Made by a program: the position numbers and the translations under genes. Shown piece after piece: positions 13,131 to 25,900 of a stretch of DNA of 47,361 nt (the stretch's first letter is position 1; each line of letters opens with the position of its first letter). The notes below the pieces were generated by a model that saw only the letters and a program-made list of their open reading frames with translations, made no database searches and was not told the DNA's origin. The stretch is from Octopus bimaculoides (lineage: Eukaryota): assembly GCF_001194135.2 (NCBI RefSeq), contig NC_068987.1, positions 96,022,025 through 96,069,385 of the forward strand. The letters are read 5' to 3'.

Positions 13131-16100
13131 AATGGACCGGGAGATATTGCTATATTTGATAAGATATGTCAAGCTAAGTAAAATCGCTGTCCTTTCAGGT
13201 GCCGATGCCACTTAAGAAGCACCCATGCTGGTGCTGTGTAAATGCACCCATGCCGGTGGCATGTAATTTGAGTCCAGCACACTGTTAAGTGGTTGGCATT
13301 AGGAGGGGCATCCAGCAGGCAATTGGAGTCTTGACAGCTCCATGTCAAACTGTGCAACCCATGCCAGCGTGGAAAGTGGACATTAAGTGATGATGTTGAT
13401 GATGATCTATGTATGTATGTAAATATACATTCTTGGGGTGGTTGGCAATAGGAGGGGCATCCAGCCATAGAAACCATGCTTAATCAGACTGGAGTTTGGT
13501 GCAGTCCCCCCCAGCTTACTAGCCCTGGTCAAACCATACAAACCCATGCCAGTATGGACAATGGACATTAAATGAAGATGATGATGATGGTGATGAAAGA
13601 AAGTTTTCAGTGATTTTACAGTGCTAATAAAAGCATTATTGATCCTACTTTTACCAAAATTTCTTCTCTCTACATTATGGTCATTTATCATTGGACTTCC
13701 CCCCCCATTTTTTTTAAAGATTCCAGACTCATTATGTGGTTTTAGAGTCGAAGAAGAAGAAAACTGCTGAGAAAAAGACAAACACTGGCGATAAAAAGGC
13801 AAAAGCTAAACCTGGAAAGAAAAATGTGGAGCTACACAAGTTTTTCAACTATTTTGATTTCAAATGTGGGATTAGATCTATCAAACCCCACCAGGTAAGC
13901 AATTTCATTAAATCCACCCTGCCATCTCTCTCTTTTGTCATTTAGCAAATTCTGCCCGTGCCTCCTTCAATATATACTGTCTTAGTGAGGTATTTGCTGT
14001 GTATGTGCAGCTATTTGTGAGGGTTGGCTGAAAAGTTCCTAAGTTGACTATGAAGGCGTGATGCTAGTTTTGTTAAATCTTGCAAGCATTAATTTCAACT
14101 CTGCTTATTGAAACTGTATTGTTTCTTTGAAGGTAAACTGATATCTGACTGTTCAAAGAAGACTTTGAAAGTGAATAGTAGTGACTTCTCTTGAAAATCA
14201 ATAAAATTTGGCATTGTTGTGTTATTAAGCACCTACAGAATAAGGGTTTAGCCTCCAAGGACATTTATACTGACATGGTTGCTACATTAGGGATGACACT
14301 CTAGTTTTATCAACAGTTTTATCAATAGGCGCAGGAATGGCTGTGTGGTAAGTAGCTTGCTTAGCAACCACATGGTTCCAAGTTCGGTCCCTCTGAGTGG
14401 TACCTTGGGCAAGTGTCTTCTACTATAGCCTCGGGCCGACCAAAGCCTTGTGAGTGGATTTGGTAGATGGAAACTGAAAGAAGCCTNNNNNNNNNNGAGT
14501 GGATTTGGTAGATGGAAACTGAAAGAAGCCTGTCGTATATATGTATGTGTTCGTGTATGTCCCCCTCCTCCCTCCGACATCGCTTGACAACCGATGCTGC
14601 TGTTTGCATCCCCATAACTTAGCGGTTTGGCAAAAGAGACCAATAGAATAAGTACTAGGCTTACAAAGAATAAGTCCTGGGGTCGATTTGCTCGACTAAA
14701 GGCAGTGCTCCAGCATGGCTGCAGTCAAATGACTGAAACAAGTAAAAGAGTAAAAGTGTAAAGAGAGAGTGGAAAAGTGGGCTGCTGAATTTAGGAGGGG
14801 AACTGAGAGCCTTGAAGATGACCCAAGGTCTGTCCATCACCATTGACAAAAACATTGACTATGTTCACCACAATCTGATGGATGACAGGTGATTGACTAT
14901 GAATCAAATAGCCAATCCTATTAGCATATCCTGTGAGAGAGTTGAGAAGATTCTGCACAATGAACTTGGCATGGGGAAGCTTTCTGCTTGGCGGCTGACA
15001 CGTCTTCCGACACCTGATCAAAAGCACACCAGGCTAATCACATCACAGGAAAATCTGACATTGTTTAAGGCAGAACTAGCTGGTTTCCTTGAACGTTTCC
15101 TAACCCAGGATGAGTGTTGGCTTCATCACTTTGAACTAGAGACAAAAAGATAATCCATGCAATGGAGACACCCCTCCTCTCCTGCTTCAAAGAAGGCCAA
15201 GGTCATTTCATCTGCAGGGAAGATGATGGCTTCAGTTTTTTGGGATGCAAAATGTTCTGTGTTTGTTGACTATCTTCAAAAGGGCTATGTCATCAATGAA
15301 GAATACTGTCAACTTGCTGAGGCAGTTATGAAAGGTTATCAAGACCAAATGCCCAGGTAAATGATGAAAGGGGTCTTGTTTCATCAGGAGAATGTGCCAG
15401 CACACAAGTCCTTGGTTTCATTGGCTATCTTGCATGATTGTGGCTTTCAACTGGTTGATCACCCTCCTTATTTTAGTGATTTGGTTCCATCCAACTATTG
15501 TCTGTTTCCCAGCGTGAAAAAACACTTGGCTGGGCCCCAGTATAGCAGTGATGATGACATCATATCTGCTGCTGATAACTTTTTTGACCAACAGGATAAA
15601 AGCTTCTTCACCAATGGGATCCAAGTACTGCAGCACTGATGTATGAAGTGCATAGACAAAAAGGGGGACTCTGTTGAAAAATAAACCTCATTTAGTAACA
15701 TTCCATAAGAATATGTTAGTCAGACTATGAAGTTTTCAGCCAACCCAAGTATGATTGTATGTCGATGTATCACTTGGAATACCATGAATAGTATTTAGAT
15801 AATTTATTATTTCTGTAACTTTCTCTTTCTCTCTGCTATAAATTCATGTAGCTGTTGAGATGTTACTTTGAATAAAGAACTTCAATTTTAATTGGATATT
15901 CTGTAGATTGCTGTTTATATCAGAGGTAACATACATGGTGAGGCAAAATCTTTGGAATGATTTGAAATTAAGTAAATAAAAAAATCCTTTCACAATACTC
16001 TATGATCTATAAATAAGATTGGTACTGGACTCTTGGTTTATATTACTTTTTAATATTTATTTTTGACATAGTAGTATATGAGTAATTGTGGCCAAGTTGA

Positions 16101-19100
16101 CTGTATGATTTAAATCGTATGGATGCCAGCCCATTCTGTTTTACTAATAATTTAAACATTTTTAAATTGTCTGCAGGTTCTTGCAATCAACCGGGGTGAA
16201 GAAAATGGCATATTGTCAGTGAAAATTGTCGTTCCTGACAGAATAAAATATGAATATCTTAATTTTTGTTGCCGAACATGGATTCGACCTGCAACACCAC
16301 CTGAAAATAAAAATATTCTGGAAGACTGTTTCCAGGATGCCTTTAAACGACTTGTATCCCCTCAGATGTGTCGTTTTACTAGGTAAGAAATCCACATTGC
16401 TGTCTCAAATAATGAATGCCCATAAAGGACAGACCTTCTATGCATTTATTTGACCTGACAAAATTGCAGCCAAATCTCTTTCCACTTCTACTCTGGCATC
16501 TTAAAAATGGATGACTATACTGTTTTAAGGACATCAATAATATAATATGGGAGAAAAGAAGGTAGATGATCGATCACAACTGAAATTCTAGTCAAACAAC
16601 ATCGAAATTTTTATTCTTTGTGCATGTGCAGGCATGGCTGTTTCTAGATGCTGGTGTGGTTTTGTGGTAAGTTTGCATTCCACCCAGATGGTTTCAGGTC
16701 AGTCCCACAGTGAGGTAACTTGGGCAAGTGTCATCTACTGTAAAGTTAGGCTGATCAGTGGAAGCACATGGCTTAGTGGTTAGGGTGTTCGACTCATGAC
16801 CAGAAGATTGTGCTTTTGATTTCTGGACTGGGCAACACATGTTCTTGAGGAAAACCCTTCGTTTCACCTTGCTCCAGTCCATTCAGCCGGCAAATATGAG
16901 TTATCCTGTGACGGACTGGCATCCTGCCTAGGTAGGGCATATATACACCATGAAACTGGGAAACTGCCCCTTATGAGTCAGCATGACTTGAGAAGGTAAC
17001 TTTACCTTTACTTTACCTCAGACTGAGTGAAGGCGCATGGCTTAGTGGTTAGCATATTCAGCTCACAATCATAAGGTCATGAGTTCAATCCCCAGTGATG
17101 TGTTGTGTCCTTGAGCAAGACACTTTATTTCATGTTGCTCTAGTCCACTCAGTTGGCAAAAATGCATAGTACCTGTATTTCAAAGGGCCAGTCTTGTCAC
17201 ACTGAATCTCTGAAGGTTAAGGTTACACGTGTCTGTGGAGTGCTCAGCCACTTGCATGTTAATTTCACAAGCTGGCTGTTCCATTAATTGGATCAACTGG
17301 AGCTCTCATCATCATAACCACCTGAGTGCCAGTTTTTACCTTAGGTTGACCAAAGCCTTGTGAATAGATTTTGTAGAGAGAAACTGAAAAAATTCCATTG
17401 TATAAATATATGTGTGTGTATTTGTTTGTTACTGTTTCCATGCTTTGATTTCATGTAACAGTTGTAAATGAATGTCATAGTCATGCAAGCAATGTCCTTT
17501 ATTCCCAATCTGCTGTGAAAACATTGTCTAATCATAGAGAAATATTGCCTTACTTGGAAGCAGGTGAGTGTGGTGACAGGAAAGGCACCCAGATGTGGAA
17601 AAGTGGATGTTAAAGAATGACGATAATAGTGGTGGTGGTGGTGGTGGTGGTGGTGACAACAGTGGTTGTGGTAGTGGTGGCGACGGCGGCGGCAGCAGCA
17701 GTGACATTTTATCCAAATGCATCAAGAATAACAACAATCAAACTGATTGAGGCAGCGTCTAATTTTGACCTGCTAGAAATAGCAGCCGAACTTTTCTAAA
17801 ATCCATCTTTAAAAAAGAAGGACACATTAGGTTAATATAGTACTAAATATACAATGTCTGAATAAAAGATGGTATGGTCATAGCTGGAATGACTTGTTGG
17901 ATCAGGGATAACCTAAAGCTAAACAACAGCAACAAATGGCAGTCAAGTAATTGTTCTAGAATAATTTAGTTATTGTTTTCTGGTTGATTAAGTGCCTAAT
18001 GAAGTTTGGTTTGTGTGTGTGCATCTGGATGTTGTTAGTGCATATGTGTGTGTGTATCTATAGTGTGCATGTGTATTGGTGTGTATGTGTGTGTGTGCCG
18101 GAGGATGTATTTTGCGTTCACATGTCAGTGTTTTGCGTGCATGTGTACGCTTTTTTTATGTATATGAGCCTGTGTGTGTGTAAATGTGTATGTTATGTGA
18201 CTATGCGTATTTGTAGTTATGTGTGTGTGTATGCATGTGAGTGTGTATGTAAATATGTATGCATGTGTATATATGCATTTATGTGTGTGAGAGTTGTGTT
18301 TGCTGTTTGTATACTCTGTGTGTGTGTGAGACTGAACATGTGCCCTAAGTGTGACTTACAGATCTCTATTGTAGATAAACATTTTTCTAAATTATCTTTT
18401 CTATATTTATCATCTTCATTCTCCACATCATCGTCACCACCAACATCACCACCACCACCATCATCATCATCATTAGCATCATCATCATCATCATCATCAT
18501 CATCATTTCTTTATATGAAAGAATTTTATAGGTATGTAGATACACATGTGGCTGTGTGGTAAGAAGTTTGCTTCCAAACCACATGGTTTGAGGTTCAATC
18601 CCACTGCAAGTGTCATCTTCTTTTTACATGGTGCTAGCACTGGTATCAATTCTACTGTGATGGATGGGTCTTCTTCCCTCCCTAGGCAAAAAAATTAAAG
18701 GCCACAACATCACTCCGAAGAAGGATAAAAGCTGAAAATGTTAGATTCTTTATTCCTCCGAGGAATCAACCTCTTCCATAAACTTTCCTGTGAGTAAGTT
18801 GTTACTGATACATGTTATAACCAGTTTCCTTAGATTAAGATTCTATGCTGTTTTTATTGTAATAGATTAGATAAGCTAATTAACTCTTCAGTATTAAAAC
18901 CAGTCATTTCTGGTTCAAATATTCTACCTGTTCTGTGTTCACACTGGCCAGATCCAGCCTCTCATACCTACCTTACAATGTCATTCTAAAAATAAAAAAT
19001 GACATCATCAAAATGTCAAACATACAAGAGAACGCACAATTAATTCAAAACAGTGTGAATAAATATCCATTAATTTAACAGAACAATCTGAATGCTCAAG

Positions 19101-19948
19101 GTTTAAGTGGCTGAATTAGAGGGCTAGGCTAAATACTGTGGAATATCTAGTTTGTTTCTTTACGTTCCAAGTTTGGATTTTCCTGAAAACGATTTCATCT
19201 TCCATCTTTCGGGTCAACTAAATATACTGGAGTTCAAACTAATTGACTTTCATTTTCTTTTCTTTGCCAGTGTGCAATATCCCATACTTAGAGCCAGGGA
19301 GATAACTACAACTATATATTTACAGGAGTCACTGCATTATTCCAGCAGTCCACAATCAGTTTTGCACCATGGAACGGTTTAATACAAGACTATATTTCCA
19401 CAAACCGAAGGATCATGGGCATAACAAAATACAATAAAGTGCATAATATATAATTTAATTATTACATATAAAATACATATATTTTCTTGTGTCTTGAGAG
19501 AGTCATTCTCTTCTAGTCCCATTATTAATTTAACCCACTCATTTACTTATTTATTTTTACTAAAATTTTCATTGGGTCTTGCAGCCTTTTCTGCTCGTAA
19601 AGAATCTTGCAAACCAAATACAAAACGAAATAATACATATATAATAATGCAAAAAAAAAAACAGATTGTCATAGTCAATAAAATAGAGATAAAATTCAAA
19701 AGTTTATTCTTTTGTTGTCAAGTAATTCATGGCCCAGTCCATGAGCTGGTAGTTGGAGACCCCTGCCTTATAAAATCTAGTATGATACTTCATTGTTTTG
19801 ACATGATGCTTCTTCACGGTTGATGCTGAGATATTAGTACTAGTGATTCACTGGTGACAAGTCAATCCAATATGTTGCAAATCCTTGCAAAAGATTTTCC
19901 TTTACCTTGTCAAAAGAAATCATCATATTGTTAATCTACTACTACTAC

Positions 19949-19984
<36 letters not shown>

Positions 19985-22900
19985 CATCATTAAGGTGGTG
20001 AGCTGGCAGAATTGTTAGTACGTCAGGTATCGTTAGCAGCATTTCATCTGTCTTTACATTCTGAGTTCAAATTCCACCAAGGTCGACTTTGCCTTTCATT
20101 TTTTCAGGGTTGATAAATTAAGTACTAGTGAAACACTAGGGTTAATGTAATCAACTAGTCCCTCCTCTCAAAAAAAATTTCAGGCCTTGTGCCTTTAGTA
20201 GAAAGATTATTATTATTATTATTTTTCTTTTCTTTTTTCTTTTTTTTTTTNNNNNNNNNNTTATTATTTTTCTTTTCTTTTTTCTTTTTTTTTTTGTCTT
20301 GCAAGTACTTGGTGGCCCTCACAGTGAAGGTGCCACTTAAAAGCACCCTGTCCACACTGTAAAGTGGTTGATGTTTGGATGGGCATCCAGCTGTAAAAAC
20401 CTTGCCAAAACTGACCTTGCCTGTGCTTGTGCCACGTAAAAAGCACTAAGTCCACTCTGCTGAGTGGTTGGTTTTAGGAAGGGCATCCAGTTGTAAAAAT
20501 TCTGCTAAAACAGTCACAGAAGTCTGGTGCAGGCTTCTGCTTGGCCCGGCTCTTGTGAAATCATCCCACCCATGCTAGCATAAAAGGTGGATGTTAAACG
20601 ATGATGATGATGATGAAAGCAGTAAGCTGGTAGAATTGTTACCACGCTGGGCAAAATGCTGCTAAGCATTTTGTCTGTCTTTATGTTCTGAGTTCAAATT
20701 CCACTGAGGTCGACTTTGCCTTTCATCCTTTCAGAGTCAATAAAATAACAGTTGAACATTGAGGTTGATGTAATTGACTTACTCCCTCCCCTAATATTGC
20801 TGGCCTTGTGCCAAAATTTGAAACCATTATTACTGTTATTATTCTGCCAAGGTCATGAGTTCAAATCTTATCAAGGTTTACCTTGTTTTCATCCTTTCAG
20901 GTTCAGTAAAATGAAGTACTAGTCAAAGAACTAGGATCCATAGTCTCAACCAATCCCCTTCCCTGAAAAGCTGCTGACCCTGTGCCTAATCAGAAGCCAT
21001 TATTATAATTATTATTATTATAATTAGACGGCAAGCTAGCAGAAACGTTAGCACGCCGAGCGAAATGTTTATTGGTATTTCATCTGTCTTTACATTCTGA
21101 GTTCAAATGCTGCCGAGGTCAATTTTGCCTTTCATCCCTTTGGAGTCGATAAATCAAGTACCAGTTGCATACTGGGGTTGATCTAATCGATTAGACCCCT
21201 TCCCCAAAATTTCAGGACTTGTGCCTAGAGTAGAAAAGAAGCGTTAGCACACTGGATGAAAGTCTTAGCAGTATTTCACCAGTCGCTACATTTTTGTGTT
21301 CAAATTCCACTGGGGTCGACTCTGCTTTTCATCCTTTCAGAGTCAATAAATTGAGTACCAGTGAAATGCTGGGGTCGATGTAATCAACTAGTTCCCTCCC
21401 CCAAACTTTTAGGCTTTGTGCCTTTAGTGTGTCAACATTCCTGACCATGAGGAAATATTACCTTGCATGGAAACGTGTGAGAGCTGGCAACAGGAAGGGT
21501 ATCTGGCCATAGAAAATCTGTCTTAACATATTCAATCTGACTCATGCAAGCATGGAAAAATGAACATTAAAATGATAATCATATTATTTTTCAGATCCGA
21601 GCTGACAAAAACAGCAGAGAAGGCTTCTATTGAAGTGTTCTGTAGTAACCTAAAGAGTCGTTTGCTAATGTCACCACTGAGAGGGAAAATTGTGCTGGCA
21701 ATAGATCCTGGCTTTTTGCATGGCTGTAAGGTCGCTGTTATATCAGAAACAGGTGAGCTTCTATCATTTCTTTTAACTCATCATTGACATCATCCTTCAG
21801 TGCGGTTAAACAACTAATCCTAAGTAATCAGGATTCACAGTACAGGTTGTACTATTCATTCTTTTGAATGCTGAATACCTTTGTGGCTTGCATGACCACA
21901 TGAGTGATTTTCCTGAGTCACCATCTCACCCTTGTACACCAGTTGATCACAAGGTTACACGTTTGCAGCTGAGTGGACTGGGGCAACATGAAATGAAGTG
22001 TTTTGCTCAAGAGCACCACATATAGGTCTGGGAATCAAAACCATGATCTGATAATTGTTAGTGCAACACCCTAATCCACTAGGCCATGCGCTATCATAAG
22101 GCCATGCATCTCTTGACCCTTTGCTTGTACTGTGTACTACATGTGGTACACAGGGTATATTTCTCTGGTGTCTATGCATCATATATGATACACATTCCTA
22201 ATTTTTTTCATCCAATAGAGTAACTTGGGACATATGAAAGGAAACCTTTATACTTTATATTACTCAGAGCGTATGAAACAAAAGCTAACTAGAGGTCTAA
22301 AGACAAGCATGGACGTTTAAGGCAAACTTCTGAAAAATGATTTGGACAAGCAAGGTGTTATTACTTAGTATTTGGGTTGCTAGATCTGTTTCAAAAAAGT
22401 AACACAAAATTTTGAAAATGTAGCTCAATCATACAAGTGGTGTCTTTCATGCCTAATGTTCCATGAAAAGCATGTCTGGCCATGGGGAAATATTATGGTT
22501 GCTTGGAAATATGTGAGAGTTGGTAACAGGAAAGGCATCCAACCATTGAAAATCTGCCTCAGAGAATTCCATCTGACCCATGCAAGCAAGGGTAACGATG
22601 GTGCTGCCACTGATGTCAATGATGACGACTTGTGACTCTTTAGCTTTATGGCTTATGACTCTTCTGCACCTCCTTTTCTTCACACTCCAAACCAAGCCAG
22701 TACATGGATGTGTAAGGTAAAACTAGTGTTCTTCATCTTCTTCATCATTTTAACATCTGCTTTTACTTGCATAGGTCGCATAGAATTCTTCAAGGCAGAC
22801 TGTTCTAATGCTGATGCACTTCCTATCACCAACTCTCACCTGTTTTCATGTAAGGTGATATTACTCCATGACCAGACATATTTTCATGGAATGTTGGTAA

Positions 22901-25900
22901 AGAAAGACACTGCTTGCATGACTGTGATGCTCATTAACATTATATCATGCAATGTCGATGCAAGGAGACAGCAACAAACAGACACACACAAACACATACT
23001 CTCTCTCTCTCTCCTTTTCTCTCTTTCTCTCTTTCTCTCTCTCCCACACACGCACTTACACATATATAGACAACTGACTTCTTTCAGTTTTCTTCTACCA
23101 AATCCACTCACAAAGCTTTGGCCAGCTTGGTGCTATATATAGTAGAAGACACTTGCCCGAGGTACACGCAGTGGGACTGAACCCAAGACCATGCGGTTGG
23201 GAAGCAAACTTCTTACCACACAGCTATGCCTATGTGTTGTGTAATTGCTATAATCTGTCAGCATTCTTGACTCAGTTGTTTGTTTATTTCTTGTTGTAGG
23301 CCAGGTATTGTATACAGACACACTATACCTTCACAATCATAAAAGCAATGTGGTCAAAGAAAGCGAAAAATTAGTTGATATCATCAACAGTAACAGGTAA
23401 CATCACTAGCTTTGGTCCATTTATATTGTTGTTGTTTAGGTCCTATCTCTGCTCTAATTGAGTAGTCCAAATAGTGGAACATGTTTAACCCTTTACAATT
23501 CAGATTATTCTATCAGATGTAATGTTTATTTATTCACATTGTTTTGTATTAATCATGTATTATTTCATAGTTGTGAAATTTTAATGATGTCATCATCATC
23601 ATCATCCTCTTTCCATGCTGGCATGGGTTAGACAGTTTGACTGTAACTAGTAAGCTGGAGTGTTACACCAGGTTCTAATCTGATTTGGCATGATTTCTAC
23701 GGCTGGGTGTCCTTCCTAACACAAACTATTCCAAGACTCCAAGCACAGCATAATGCCAAAGGTCTTGGTGACTTACCACTGCCCACATGAGGCCAAATGT
23801 TCAAAGGCTGTTTTACATGTGCCACTTACATGACACCAGCATTGGCCACACTTGGACTGATGAAAACAATGTGATACCACCTTTTGAAGCAAGCCCTTTA
23901 CCCTTCTCTCCTTTCATCATCATCATCATCGTTTAACGTCCGCTTTCCATGCTAGCATGGGTTGGACGATTTGACTGAGGACTGGTGAAACCGGATGGCA
24001 ACACCAGGCTCCAATCTAATTTGGCAGAGTTTCTACAGCTGGATGCCCTTCCTAACGCCAACCACTTTTTATATTTTATTATTAATCAGTTCAAGGCAGA
24101 GTGCACTTAACTTCTTTGTAGGTCATTCCAGATTGGTGATTTCGATGTGGTTGATGTACAGTTTGAATATTTGTTGGGGGTGGGGGTGAGGATAGAAATA
24201 ATTCCAGTGGGTGTCAGTTGTGGAAAGATGAGACTGAGGAAAAATGTTGAGTGCATGAACCACAAAATGAGACACAGTAGGGATCAGGAAAAGAGGAAAG
24301 ACTCAGTTCGTTCTAGATTGAGAAGTAAGCAACTAGATAGTTCAGAGGCTGTTGTTCTATTATCAGTAAAACTGGCAGAGATAAAAGAATACATCAGTGA
24401 GTTGGTGATTTTTGTATATTGGTGAAGGAATCATTGTCAGTATATTGAAAGGTCTTGTTTTGGATGATGTTAACAATGTATATGTGTGTGTGAGGTGCAG
24501 AACACAAAATTTAGAGGGGTGGAACTAGATATTATACGACTAATGTCTCTAGTTCTTTATCTTAAAATTCTAAGCAGTGGTTCTGATAGGAATAACATTG
24601 ACTCTCATATCTCTCTATCAGTTGGTAGGGAAAGAAAAGTAAGGATGGAAGAATATATATTTATTATACTAGCAAACTTGCTTGCTATTCTGCACTGGCA
24701 ATATATAAAATTGATTTGATTCTTTCAAGAATTTGCATGATCATAATTCATAACTAATCAACATGTTTTATTAATCCTTTTGAATATATATTATAATATG
24801 AATAACAACAATGCAGGACTTTCACTTAGAAAACAGGATTTGTTGAATGTAGCCCTTTCTCCCTCTCTCACACACACATGCCACTTTAATCCCAACTCCT
24901 GCCTCTCAAATTCAAGTTCTGTTTATTTGACTCTCATTTTTTAATATCCATATTTCAGGTGTGAGGTGGTTGCCATTGGCAATGGTACTGCATGCCGGGA
25001 GACAGAATCAATATTATCCAAATACATCAGTCAAAAATCATTTGGATCGCAGAAGGTTCAATATTGGTACAAGACAAATCTTTTATTTATTTATTTATTT
25101 ATTTATTTATTCCTTTATTTTATTATTCATGCATTTACTTGTTAATTTATTTATTTCATTATTTATTATGAAACCTTTGTAAAGCTTAAGTGGGGCCCAC
25201 ATTGGTATATTGCTCATACGTGTAGGGTAATGCTGCTGTTCTCCCACACACATATCTTAAACTGTCTCTGAAAAGTCATTCAACTGATTGGTAATGGTTC
25301 TTTTGAGGAAGCTTCTATGTGATTACTCAATATTTTAGAATTAACAACCAAATCTTTCTCAATTCACACCCTTCTGTCTTGTCTTGAATAAGATTAATAC
25401 CTTTGTCAATATAGTTTCTGATATACAAAATGATAGGATGTCATTTTCTTCCCCATACTCACCCTTTTTTCTCAACTGTCATATCCATGTGTATGCATTG
25501 TGAATATGATAACCAGAATATTAAACTCATACCATAGGTTTCATGTTGCACCTATGCTCACTTTTCTTATTGGTCAGAGTCTCAGTAACTTACAGCATAT
25601 GTCTGTTGATTCAATAAGCATTATCTGTTGAAGAATTCAGCTACCTTTCATCCATCCATAGTCGATGAACTAAGAACCAGTGATGTACTAGAGTCAATTC
25701 AATTCACAATACCCTTTTTCTACAAATTTTGACTATGTGCCAAAGTCAGAAATCACAGTTCAAGCAAGATTTTGTTGGTTTATTGAGCAGATACGACCTT
25801 CTGAAGATTACAGTTGTTTACAAGGTTGATAAAATAATATCAGTGATATTGATATCATAAGAATGTTTTTATAAATAAAGCTATAATTAATAGGTTTCTC

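Noticed and set aside
14453-14531. Direct duplication flanking a 10-N gap (similar at about 20215-20296)
   Set aside because: Identical sequence on both sides of a 10-N spacer is a typical unmerged contig overlap.
17984-18562. 192-aa Cys/Val-rich ORF
   Set aside because: Translation of (TG)n and (CAT)n; no domain or splice support.
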